From the IMG/VR virus record IMGVR_UViG_3300042197_004429, positions 113,313 to 177,312 of that record: a stretch of DNA of 64,000 nt, one strand, 5' to 3'. Source of the stretch: a virus. Each line of letters starts with the position of its first letter. Position 1 is the first letter of the stretch. The notes below the pieces were generated by a model that saw only the letters and a list, made by a program, of their open reading frames with translations, had not been told where the DNA came from and made no database searches. Both the position numbers and the translations under genes were made by a program. This document shows positions 52,354 through 61,900 of this stretch, piece by piece.

Positions 52354-52758
52354 TCAAGCAAATGCTAAAACTTTATATTTAACATTGTTTGTAACACGAA
52401 TAATCAAGTTTGTATTAGTGTGTTCGCCCTCTATGGTTCTAAATGATGTAATTGGTGTTGATACAACTCCTCCTTGTTGTCCTGGAAGACTTGGACCTGC
52501 TACAACTACAGGTTCAGTTGATGTTATGGTTATAACTACAGCAATTGGAATTTGATCTAATCCGTGGGCAATATTTTGAAAAGTTCCGTTTCCGGTTAAT
52601 TCTGTGCTTTGAAAGATTTTCATTTTTTTGATGGTCACAACACCGCTTGATACTACACGTTCTGGTTTTTCTTTTGATCTAGAAATTCCTATCGGTGTTT
52701 TTACTAAATAACGAGATGCACTTCCTGTTCCTGTGCCTTGTGTTGTTTGTGCTGGCAT
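52354..52758 (-). CDS. Possible virion structural / decoration protein
   Basis: Only convincing minus-strand gene after 12.3 kb, with GAGGA upstream. Rich in Thr, Gly and Val, with TGNGTFQNIAHGL..P..V and EGEHTNTNL.I.VT motifs that I associate with phage structural proteins. Confidence 0.5.
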   Translation of the reverse strand: MPAQTTQGTGTGSASRYLVKTPIGISRSKEKPERVVSSGVVTIKKMKIFQSTELTGNGTFQNIAHGLDQIPIAVVITITSTEPVVVAGPSLPGQQGGVVSTPITSFRTIEGEHTNTNLIIRVTNNVKYKVLAFA

Positions 52759-52861
52759 AGACTTTTCCTCTTTTGTTTATTTTGTAATTTATTTATTAAA
52801 CTCGTACAAATTTTTGAAGACTCCAACTAATATAGGCAAACTACTAAAGACATAATAATTC

Positions 52862-53134
52862 ATGAATATCCCAGCAGAATTAACAAAATTAATTAAAAAT
52901 GAGTGCGACGCTGCTATTCAATATGGAATTTATGGAACTCAAGAATTTCATATCGAAAGCATCGAAAAAATAGAGAATAAAGGTAAGGCTCTAAATTTCA
53001 AAGTTACAACTTGGAATGACATTAGCGAAGATCCAAGAAAAACCCGAGAAATGAGTTTGTTTGAAATCATGGACCTGCTGGGTAGAATTATTGGACACAG
53101 AGCAACTAGTGATGGCGTAGGACTTTTCAAATAA
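52862..53134 (+). CDS. Hypothetical protein
   Basis: 90-aa ORF. Confidence 0.55.
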   Translation: MNIPAELTKLIKNECDAAIQYGIYGTQEFHIESIEKIENKGKALNFKVTTWNDISEDPRKTREMSLFEIMDLLGRIIGHRATSDGVGLFK

Positions 53135-53182
53135 TTTGTGTAAAAGTATTTGGGGAATAAATAATGTTTATCTTATTGGGAA

Positions 53183-53240
53183 TGTCAATTTGATTTTTTC
53201 AACAATTTGAGAAAAAGCAGATTGGAAGCAAATTAGATTT
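53183..53240 (+). repeat. 58-bp copy of 43736-43793 (3' end of gene 43553..43789)
   Basis: 57/58 identical: TGTCAATTTGATTTTTTCAACAATTTGAGAAAAAGCAGA(C/T)TGGAAGCAAATTAGATTT. Confidence 0.9.
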
Positions 53241-53623
53241 GATTTGATACCAACTAGAACCCTGAACTCCAAGAAATAAAAAAAACATGAAACTCAACAA
53301 TAAAGATGAAATTATCGTCGTTGCAAGCGATCATGAAACTTTTGAAAAGTATGGTGATGAAATAGACTTCATTGTGCGATTCGAGGCAGGGCTACTTTTT
53401 CATGGTGAGCAATAACATCTCTACAAAGTTGAATAAATTCATCGGAGGTATCAATAAATTATGTTTCTTTTACTGGGAATAGCGTGTGGATGTTTTTCTT
53501 TCTGGGCTTTTACTTACTTAATATGCAAAAAGTAATTTTTAGTTAGTGCTTATAAATTACGAGTTCGTTAGAAAACTTTAATACCAACTAGAATGAAGCA
53601 TTATCTGCAAATTTGAAAAACAC

Positions 53624-53651
53624 TTGACTAATTTCAATTTTTGTGTAGAAT
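53624..53651 (+). promoter_or_regulatory. Host sigma70-type promoter (extended -10)
   Basis: TTGACT-N16-TAGAAT, with TG upstream of the -10. Confidence 0.5.
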
Positions 53652-53891
53652 AGATAGAAAGGATTCATTCCCTGTGTCAGAAACGACAGAAGACAATACA
53701 ATCAATCTTATTTACTCAATCATGCAAGAACTTCACGAACGTAATCGTGATGTTGAAATGACTCTCTATGGAAATGGATCTGGTAGGTTTAAAGTTGGAT
53801 TGCGTGAAAAAAACTTCAGCAACTTGAAGAATGGCTTGACTAAAATTCAAGAGATGCTAAATCTTGAAAATAAATAATTGATACCGACTAG

Positions 53892-54130
53892 AATTTAGCC
53901 ACTAGGAACTGACAATCCCTTCGGACAGCCCCTAAATGTTTGGGGAATAATGTGGCGACAGCAACAGAAAGCCGTGACGTTGCTTTTTGCGTGAGTCTAG
54001 CAGGCTAGATTGGGGTTAACTATTCGACAGGCCGATGTGTGCTTGGGTAAAACCGGCATTGGTGTTTGAGGTTTTGTGCTTCAAACTAGAATACCAACTA
54101 CTAGGGTGCGATTCCTTGGTCACGCTCTTT
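53892..54130 (+). ncRNA. Putative structured ncRNA with tRNA-like closing stem and T-arm
   Basis: GC-richer ORF-free interval with several hairpins. GCGTGA (53989) pairs with TCACGC (54120), next to CTAGGG-TGCGATT-CCTTGG. Confidence 0.4.
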
Positions 54131-54158
54131 TGTTTTTTAACTCAACAGAGAGATTTTT

Positions 54159-54332
54159 ATGAAAACCCAAAAAGCAAGAAAAGTTTTGGTTCATATTGAG
54201 AATGAAGATCTACAGCGAATAGTTCAAGAAGAAAAAGGTGGAATCACTATAGAAATTGTGGTTACACACGCCAATATCAAAGTTGATGCCAGAACCGGCG
54301 AAGATGAAAAAGTCAACCTGTATCGTTTTTAG
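54159..54332 (+). CDS. Hypothetical protein (57 aa, below the ORF-track cutoff)
   Basis: ATG after GAGAG. The stop lies 1 nt before motif copy 54334. Confidence 0.5.
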   Translation: MKTQKARKVLVHIENEDLQRIVQEEKGGITIEIVVTHANIKVDARTGEDEKVNLYRF

Positions 54333-54381
54333 TAATACCAACTAAGTCATCAGTCCCAATCACTTTTATAGAAAGATTCTT

Positions 54382-56496
54382 ATGAAGATTGCAACCAACA
54401 ACTCGACTGTTCAGACCAATTCGACCAGCATTGAGAGCCACAATTTTTCTATCGGTGACGTTAGCACGATCATTGATATTCTTCGCAATCGTTTGTATAG
54501 CAATCCTATTCAAACGCTTACTCAAGAATATTTGAGCAATGCCCGTGACAGTCATCGTGAATCGAAGCAGACTCGACCGATCACGGTTACGCTTCCTACT
54601 CGACTTGATAGTGTTCTCAAGATTCGTGATTATGGTGTTGGTCTTGATAAGCAGCGTGTTCGTGATGTGTTTGTTAATTACGGCATCAGCACGAAGCGTA
54701 GCGACAATACGCAAACTGGTGGTTTCGGCTTGGGTGCAAAAAGTGCTTGGGCTTACACTGACAGTTTTGTTGTTGTGAGTTACTACAGCGGTGTTCGATA
54801 CACCTATGTTGCCCACACTGGAAAGAACAAGAATGGTACGTTTGAACTGATTGACGAGTCTGCTACTGACGAGCCGAATGGTGTCGAAGTGCAGATTCCT
54901 GTCAAGGAAACGGACATTCAGCGTTTTGTTACGGCTGTTTATCGCACCACTTTCTTTTGGGAAGTTAAGCCCGAGTTGAAGGGCATTACTGGTGTTGAGA
55001 TTCCCAAGGAATATAGCAACAACAACTTTGACTTCAAGAGCAACAACACGATGCTGGTCAAGGAAAGTCAGTTTGTTAACTCTATCTTCAACACGGCTTA
55101 TCAAACCAATAAGATTTTCGCTTTGATCGACGGTATTCCGTATGATTTGAACAAAGTTTCTCAGGGTATTCCTGCTGCACGTGCTATTTCTCAGGTTGTG
55201 AACAACAACTACATCACCTTTATCTCTGTTAATAATGGTGATATTAGTGTTGCTGCAAGTCGAGAAGAAATCAGTGCCGATCAGGATAATGTTGAAACTA
55301 TCACCAAACTTTATAAGAGTACGGTGAATAACATCACTGAGATTGTTCTTGAAGAGTTCAATCGTTCTTTTGGTTCGCTCAAGAATTATGTTGAAGTTTA
55401 CGAGCGAATGAGTGGAGTGGTCAATTATTACTACTTGACGCTCGACCAGTCTCAGAAGGATTTGATTTTCCGATATACCCAGGATGGTTTTGTTTTTAAC
55501 TTCGATCTCGCCAACAACTATTCGTGCAGCAAGATCGAGAACGTGTGTGTGCATCGCTTGAAGAAGAAGCGTGTTCGTGATTATGTTACTCACGAAATGG
55601 GAACCAATGTTGGAATTGGCGACAAGTCGGTTGTGGTCATCAGGGACGAGGAGTTTAGCGAGGCTGTTAAGAATCGCAAACTGCGAAGTGTTCTTGATCA
55701 AGGCAAGAGTCATGTTTATGAAATCATCTGCAAGAGTCATGATGACATCCCTGCTTTGCAGAAGATTTGCGAAGCCAAGTTGTTGAGTGAGTTGTACTAC
55801 GAACGAGGCTCATACAATCCCAAGACTGGTCGTGTGAAGAGCAACGACGAAGTTCAAATTCGTCGCTTGGAAAAGAGTTATGGCTGTATTGCAAGTCGTG
55901 GTATTGAAACCATCAAGTTGCTTGATATTGAAGCGGAAGATGAAACTTATGTTGTCGTTCCTTTTTCTAAGGAAGCACGATTCGATAATGAGAATGAGAA
56001 GTTTATCGAAATGGTTGACTATATTGGAACTCGTAACGGCTACACTGTTATCAAGTGTGGCAAGAGAGATTACAACAAGTTGATCGAGCTTGATAATGTG
56101 GAAGAGTTTGATGATGTTGCCGAGAATATCCAGGAGTTCTTCCCGATTGCAGAAGAGAACATTCGCAAGAGTGTTTTTGCAAGAAGCAACACTGTGTTGC
56201 ACAGTTTGCGTCGGCATCGTGATAAGATTGAGTGTGATCATTTTCAAAAGTTGTTTGATTCTTACCCCGATAAGGTTGCCGCTTATAATCTTCAAGCCTC
56301 TGAGTCGATACTAACTAAGCACTACCCGAGGTACGCAGAGATTGTCAAGGAATTCAAGGCGGTTGAATCTCTTGAGCAGAAGATTTTCAAACTGTATCCT
56401 CTGCTGAGTATGCACAACACTTGGCGAAACGAAATGCTGGTTGAGTACATTTACTATATCAACAACAAGTCGCAGTTTATTAAGTCTAAGGAGTAA
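54382..56496 (+). CDS. rIIA: rIIA-like protein (N-terminal Hsp90-like GHKL ATPase)
   Basis: LYSNPIQTLTQEYLSNARDSH, IRDYGVGL and STKRSDNTQTGGFGLGAKSAWAYTDSF. Paired with a downstream rIIB-like gene. Confidence 0.75.
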   Translation: MKIATNNSTVQTNSTSIESHNFSIGDVSTIIDILRNRLYSNPIQTLTQEYLSNARDSHRESKQTRPITVTLPTRLDSVLKIRDYGVGLDKQRVRDVFVNYGISTKRSDNTQTGGFGLGAKSAWAYTDSFVVVSYYSGVRYTYVAHTGKNKNGTFELIDESATDEPNGVEVQIPVKETDIQRFVTAVYRTTFFWEVKPELKGITGVEIPKEYSNNNFDFKSNNTMLVKESQFVNSIFNTAYQTNKIFALIDGIPYDLNKVSQGIPAARAISQVVNNNYITFISVNNGDISVAASREEISADQDNVETITKLYKSTVNNITEIVLEEFNRSFGSLKNYVEVYERMSGVVNYYYLTLDQSQKDLIFRYTQDGFVFNFDLANNYSCSKIENVCVHRLKKKRVRDYVTHEMGTNVGIGDKSVVVIRDEEFSEAVKNRKLRSVLDQGKSHVYEIICKSHDDIPALQKICEAKLLSELYYERGSYNPKTGRVKSNDEVQIRRLEKSYGCIASRGIETIKLLDIEAEDETYVVVPFSKEARFDNENEKFIEMVDYIGTRNGYTVIKCGKRDYNKLIELDNVEEFDDVAENIQEFFPIAEENIRKSVFARSNTVLHSLRRHRDKIECDHFQKLFDSYPDKVAAYNLQASESILTKHYPRYAEIVKEFKAVESLEQKIFKLYPLLSMHNTWRNEMLVEYIYYINNKSQFIKSKE

Positions 56497-56499
56497 TAT

Positions 56500-57819
56500 A
56501 TGAAATACTATTTGTTGAACAACAGTCTGGTTGTTTTTACAAAAGATAAGGTTTACTCTGTTAGTAACGATGATTATAGATTTGATCAGATAAAGAAGGC
56601 TATCGACATTGGTGATTTTGATTGCGCTGCTTCTTTGGTTGATCCTAACTTTAGTCTCAACAAGGAGGGATTTGTTGTTGACAATGGTGTTGTGTTTTTT
56701 AAGGATGATCCTATCCCTACTGTGCTTGGCAACCGATTCATCGAATTGAATCAAGACAGTTTTGAGTTTCGTAGCATCTTCAACTTCTGGTTCAATATGA
56801 AGACCAGAGTTGATGACAATGTTGCTGCTGAAATTATTGGAGAACTTGTACACAAAGATGCCTACGCAGTTACCGAAGATGGTTTTTATTTGTTGTATCG
56901 CAACAAAGAGGTTGATCAGACTGGTAGTGTTTTGAACAAGAAAAAGCAGCAGGAAGTGTTTCATTTTTATAATTACGCTAACTGTCCTGCAAACTACTAC
57001 TCATTGTTTCAACAAAAGAAGAGCCTCACAACTGTTCTTGAAGAAGTGTTTGGCTTCTGTTCGAAAAAGTTGCGAAACATTGCTGTTCAACAAATGTTTC
57101 GTGATGTTGATAACTTTTTTAACTACAAGTTTTTGTTTTATGGCGAGGCTTTTAAGGACGTTCTTGCCACAGACAATATCTTTTTTGCTATCGAGAACAA
57201 ACTGCTTGATACTAACATTGGAGACATCAATGAGTATCAAGATTTGAGAATCTTTTTGAAAGACTATGCTGTTGAAAAGTCTGGAGTTTACAGTCAGAAG
57301 AAGATCGTTAACTTCTTAGAGAGTGCGACTGACAAGAGCAAACTCATGGAAATTGGTCCGTACTACACTGCTGTTAAACACCAATTTGACATCGATATTC
57401 AGAGCATGAATTTTGTTAACAACTGCGACACTATTCACACCTATCTGGAAAGGGAATATAAGCGAATTCAGAATCCCTTATTCATGCTGAATAACGATCC
57501 TGAGATTGAGGCTTTGGATGAAGTTGAGTTTGATAATTTCCGCATCATGGTTCCTAAAACCAATCATGATCTGATTGATTGGGGAAACCGAATGAAGCAT
57601 TGTGTTGGCAACGGTTCTTATGCTAATGGTGTCAAGAAGAAAGAGATTCAAATTCTTTCAGTGAATGACAAGGTTACTAACGAAATGATGTATACGATTG
57701 ACATTCGTAGAAAGAATCTGCAACAGTTGTTGGGCAGAAGCAATCGTCAAGCACCTGAGATTGATCGCAAGTCTATTGTTCGATTTTTGCGTGAGAAGAA
57801 TTTAATTTATAAGGAGTAA
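56500..57819 (+). CDS. rIIB: rIIB-like protein with C-terminal PcfJ-like domain
   Basis: rIIB-like N-terminus (FVVDNGVVFF, AVTEDGFYLLY). C-terminal VPKT..DLIDWGNRMKHCVG..Y is PcfJ-like. Confidence 0.55.
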   Translation: MKYYLLNNSLVVFTKDKVYSVSNDDYRFDQIKKAIDIGDFDCAASLVDPNFSLNKEGFVVDNGVVFFKDDPIPTVLGNRFIELNQDSFEFRSIFNFWFNMKTRVDDNVAAEIIGELVHKDAYAVTEDGFYLLYRNKEVDQTGSVLNKKKQQEVFHFYNYANCPANYYSLFQQKKSLTTVLEEVFGFCSKKLRNIAVQQMFRDVDNFFNYKFLFYGEAFKDVLATDNIFFAIENKLLDTNIGDINEYQDLRIFLKDYAVEKSGVYSQKKIVNFLESATDKSKLMEIGPYYTAVKHQFDIDIQSMNFVNNCDTIHTYLEREYKRIQNPLFMLNNDPEIEALDEVEFDNFRIMVPKTNHDLIDWGNRMKHCVGNGSYANGVKKKEIQILSVNDKVTNEMMYTIDIRRKNLQQLLGRSNRQAPEIDRKSIVRFLREKNLIYKE

Positions 57820-57827
57820 TACCGACT

Positions 57828-57941
57828 ATGCCAGTTACAACCCCGGTTAGAACACCAGCACCCGTAAAGACTCCTAAAGAGAATAAGCCAACTCCGTTCA
57901 ATCCTCCGAAACCAGAACAACTACCAGCACCAAAGAATTAA
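57828..57941 (+). CDS. Proline-rich 37-aa peptide
   Basis: MPVTTPVRTPAPVKTPKENKPTPFNPPKPEQLPAPKN, with AAGGAG upstream. Confidence 0.5.
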   Translation: MPVTTPVRTPAPVKTPKENKPTPFNPPKPEQLPAPKN

Positions 57942-57942
57942 A

Positions 57943-58962
57943 ATGTACGAAAACAATCTTCATGTTAATCCAAGCATTCGTAATTTTTGGAAGAATCTCA
58001 AAAAGAAAGATGGTGAGTTCCATGTTTTCAAAATGAACAGGAACATGGTTTTCTTTGGCGATGCTCTTTCAAAGAGTTCGTTTGAATATATCACAGAGCG
58101 AATGCAGAAGATTGGTCTTGATTATGATTTGATGAAGATTAACGAATCATTTATGAAGATCAATGTGATCGAACAGGATCATACGGATCGTTTGGTTGAA
58201 TTGGCAACCAAGGCTGTGAGCGAGGCTCTTGGTATTCCCGAAGATTTGCTTGAAGCAAGACTCAATGAGCAGGCTGATATTGAACTTAATGATTCAACTA
58301 AAAATCGTGATTTTGATTACGAATCTCTTGATCAAGACTTGAAGGATCAAATTCACAAGCGTGTTTTGCTCAACACTATTATTCAAGGTTCAAGTGTTCA
58401 TTCGTTTTATACCTTGCATCATTTTGTTAAAGATGAAATTAACGAAATAGATTCTTCATTGATTGAGTTGTACGATACTTTCGCTGCTGGTTCGGCCCGA
58501 TCATACTACAGTATCGACTATAGTGCTGTGGTGGCAAATGCAAGTATGGCCCAGACTGCTTCGCTCGGCAGCGTTAAGGTTGAATATGAAAATGAAAAGC
58601 CCAAGGTTATTGCGAATGCCAAAAGCCTTCCTGTGCTGTGCCAGGAACTTGTAAAAGGTGCAATGGAAACGATTTGTCTTCACGGATTGCAAAACATCAG
58701 CAAGGAAGATCTTGAAAAGATTTATTACTTTGCTGATGCCATTGAAGATGAACCACGTTACATTCAGATTGGCACAAAGGTTTGGCGTAACATTCTTGAA
58801 TTGAACAAGATCGTTCGTAAAGATAACGATATGTCAATTCCAGAATTGGTTATGAAGATCAGCATGATGAGTCCCAAAACCATCGAACTGTTCTTTGAAA
58901 AGTTGAACGAAGGTGAATTTGAGTCCCTTGTTGAAATGCTGGAGTTTAACGATGATGAGTGA
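57943..58962 (+). CDS. Hypothetical protein
   Basis: 339-aa ORF containing KRVLLNTIIQGSS and AKSLPVLCQELVKGAME. Confidence 0.7.
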   Translation: MYENNLHVNPSIRNFWKNLKKKDGEFHVFKMNRNMVFFGDALSKSSFEYITERMQKIGLDYDLMKINESFMKINVIEQDHTDRLVELATKAVSEALGIPEDLLEARLNEQADIELNDSTKNRDFDYESLDQDLKDQIHKRVLLNTIIQGSSVHSFYTLHHFVKDEINEIDSSLIELYDTFAAGSARSYYSIDYSAVVANASMAQTASLGSVKVEYENEKPKVIANAKSLPVLCQELVKGAMETICLHGLQNISKEDLEKIYYFADAIEDEPRYIQIGTKVWRNILELNKIVRKDNDMSIPELVMKISMMSPKTIELFFEKLNEGEFESLVEMLEFNDDE

Positions 58963-61900
58963 TCATATAGTTTCTGTTGGGTGTCGAATGTGCAATAATG
59001 TTTATGACATTAAGTGTAATGAAAGTGATTTTAACAAATGGAAAAATCATGAAGGATACATCCAAGAGTTACTGCATTACCTGAGCAAACAAGAACGTGA
59101 ATTGTTAATTAGTGGCACTTGCGGCACCTGTTTTGATGAACTTTTTTCACCAGAAGAAGATGAAGATGATGACGACGACAATGGTTGAACCAGCGGTTAA
59201 GATTTGGCACGAAGTTCGATTTCACCTGAGCAAAGGCCAACATTACAAATATTGGCAAGTCAAGACTAGAATCAAAGGCGTAAAGCAATATGGAGTTCGT
59301 TATTATAACCCTGCTGATCATGATTTGATTCTTGGTGATTGTGAACTTGTAAACGATCCCAAAACAGCCCAGCAGGTTTTTGAAACCCAAACAAGGGACG
59401 TTTGTGGATGGGTACGATGCCGAGAATTTTCAATTGCGAAGGCAGGCGAACACGATCTGGATAACCTGAAAATGGTTGTGTACGATCCGAAGATTCGAAC
59501 CTATTGGCATTACAAAAACGAAATCGACAATATTGATGGTGCCAAATTTGAAGAATTATTTACCGTAGGAAAGAGAGTATATTGTGGACGCTCTTAACGA
59601 TCTTATTGATGGATTTAAAATGGACCAAGGCTGGAACAATGATACGGTGTTGGATTTGTTAAAACGATTTTTGTGGGATCGTCAAGACAAGTGGTTAAAC
59701 CGCTCAATGCTCTCAGATATTGACAGCACTTTTAAGGAAGTGGCATCGTTAGAGAATCAGGACGAATGATACCAACTAGAGCATCGTTCCCCCAACCACA
59801 AGGAAAACCAAATGACCACTAAAAATCTCAATAAAACGAACAAGACTTTTGTACTAGAAGTTTTGAAGTACGGTCTTCGTGCAAATCAATATGAACTCAT
59901 TAGCACCAAAGATGTTGTTATAAAATACAACGGCGGTGAGAACTGGAACAGTGCTTATGTTGATGATTGGTACGATCTTTATGTGCCTGTAAAACTTCAT
60001 AAGCATAAGGTTGTAAACAAGGGCGACATGATTAAGGGCTCCCCGCCGTGTACGATCACCTTACATCATTTTAACAACTTGTTATCCGATTTGAAGAAAG
60101 CTCTGGATACTCATTTTAAGGTTTATGCTACACAACTATCTATCGGCAACAATATGCTGTATTTAGAATTTTGTGTGGACCCTCGTTGATACCAACTAGA
60201 ACATCGTTCCCCCAACCAAAGGAAAACTGAAATGAGCAATCGTCAATGCTTTGTGACATCTAGCGAAGGAATCGAATTAGCGATTCCTCAATCAATGGTT
60301 GATGATTTGGTTATGAAGGTGGTGGATGAAGCCTATGATAAAAACATGGTTCTGAGTAACGGCACCTACGCTAAACGATTTCAAATATGGACCGTTGATG
60401 GAAAAATCACTATTGGTAGTGAACTTATTGATACGATGCTTCTTTCTCCCGAAAAAGTTGATTATTTATTGCCCATTGTTGCTTTGTGGGAAGAAAACGG
60501 GAATGATCACGCAATTATTATACTCCACTCGGAGATTTTAGAAAATCCTAAATTTATGGACGATCCACAAATTGTTAGGTTGGTAAAACAAGCACCAAAT
60601 GTGACTAAAGATAATTTACTTAAAGTACTTCAACAAAAACTCAAAGGATGACCACTCACTCGATACCAACTAGCACCCTGTCCCCAAACCTTAAAGGAAA
60701 AAGAAATGATTAAGCCTGCAAGTGAAGTGCGAAATGAAATGATGCAAACTGAGACTTATAGGACTAATGTTCAAGAAGCAGTGGGGTATGTCGTGCAATC
60801 TATTGAAAGTGCAAAATCTATGGGACGCACACACACCTGCTTTAGTGTCAGACCTGCTTATCAGCAAGAGATAAAGCGAATGTTCTTGAATCAAGGATAC
60901 TCGTTCAAGCCAACTGGATATTCTGGCGGCGTTTGGCAACTCAGTGAAGATATTTGTTGGTGATACCAACTAGAAATGTCGGAGGAAAATTCAAACTCAT
61001 GAATGCCCAACAAAAAATTAATCTGCAAGTGAAAACTCAAAAGTTTGTTAGCGCACTTTATGTGTTTAGCAACTTTCACTACATCAGACAAGAGATTGGA
61101 AATTGTTTTCCAGATGAAAACTTTGAATCCAATTACGCAAGAAGCGAAGTAATTAAAAAACAGTTCATGGTAACTCCAGAACATTTGATGTATTTGCTTA
61201 ATCAATTTGTTGCTGAAGGCCGTTTTGTGCCTGATACAACTCCTTGGAACGACGCTCAATTTGTTATTGAAAAGTTAAAAAGCATACAAGATTTAGACCC
61301 AAACATTCTTGTTGATTTGGAAAATTAATTGAGGATAAAACAAAATGAACATGGCTACAAAAACTAATTCAAAGTTCCCGACTAAGCAAATCCAGTGTGT
61401 GGCTTTGCATGATTTATTTGACGAAAATACACTTGAGGCCGTTACGCTCAAGTTGATGGAAGAATATCCCGATTCGATGCAGGAAGTAAGGGACGAACGC
61501 ATCTGGTCTGCAAAGGGTTTTCTTCGGTTCATCAATCACTGGATTAACTCTGATTATTACCATCTGCAAGACAGTTCTTTTGTTTATATTGAAACACTTC
61601 GGACATCAGGATGGCGTATTAGTGACGAACGGCTATATAGTCGTGAATTGTTAGAGCGAATGGATGCCAATGAACTTCAGCAAGAAATTGAAGATTATAA
61701 GGCTATCTGCAAGACTAAAGACTTTTTGTTGAATCATCCCGATTGTTTTGTTTATAATGACTTGTTTTCTAGTAGTAAACCCAACCCTGAGTTGCTTTAC
61801 AATATTGATGTTGTTTCGATTGATGACATTTGCAAATTTGAATGGAATGTTGCTTTTGAGGAACATTTAGACGGCCACAATTTGCTCTTGGGAGCAGATC

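Larger units (their letters stand above)
52107..53405 (+). repeat. 32-bp direct repeat of the tRNA-Arg 3' end (52107-52138 and 53374-53405)
   Basis: GTGCGATTCGAGGCAGGGCTACTTTTTCATGG is identical at both sites. Confidence 0.9.

Noticed and set aside
53989-54126. tmRNA or a standard/intron-containing tRNA
   Set aside because: Too short for tmRNA, no G3-U70 alanine identity or tag ORF, and no recognisable anticodon arm or group I core. Kept only as an unassigned ncRNA candidate.
54313-56964. Long minus-strand ORFs (475, 161 and 217 aa) opposite rIIA/rIIB, and the many other antisense ORFs in the track
   Set aside because: They fully overlap well-supported + strand genes, lack motifs and RBS, and are explained by codon bias on the coding strand.
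57817-57829. Resemblance of TAATACCGACTA to the T7 promoter start TAATACGACT
   Set aside because: Only a short AT-rich match, the rest of the 23-bp T7 consensus is absent, and no single-subunit RNA polymerase is in the window.
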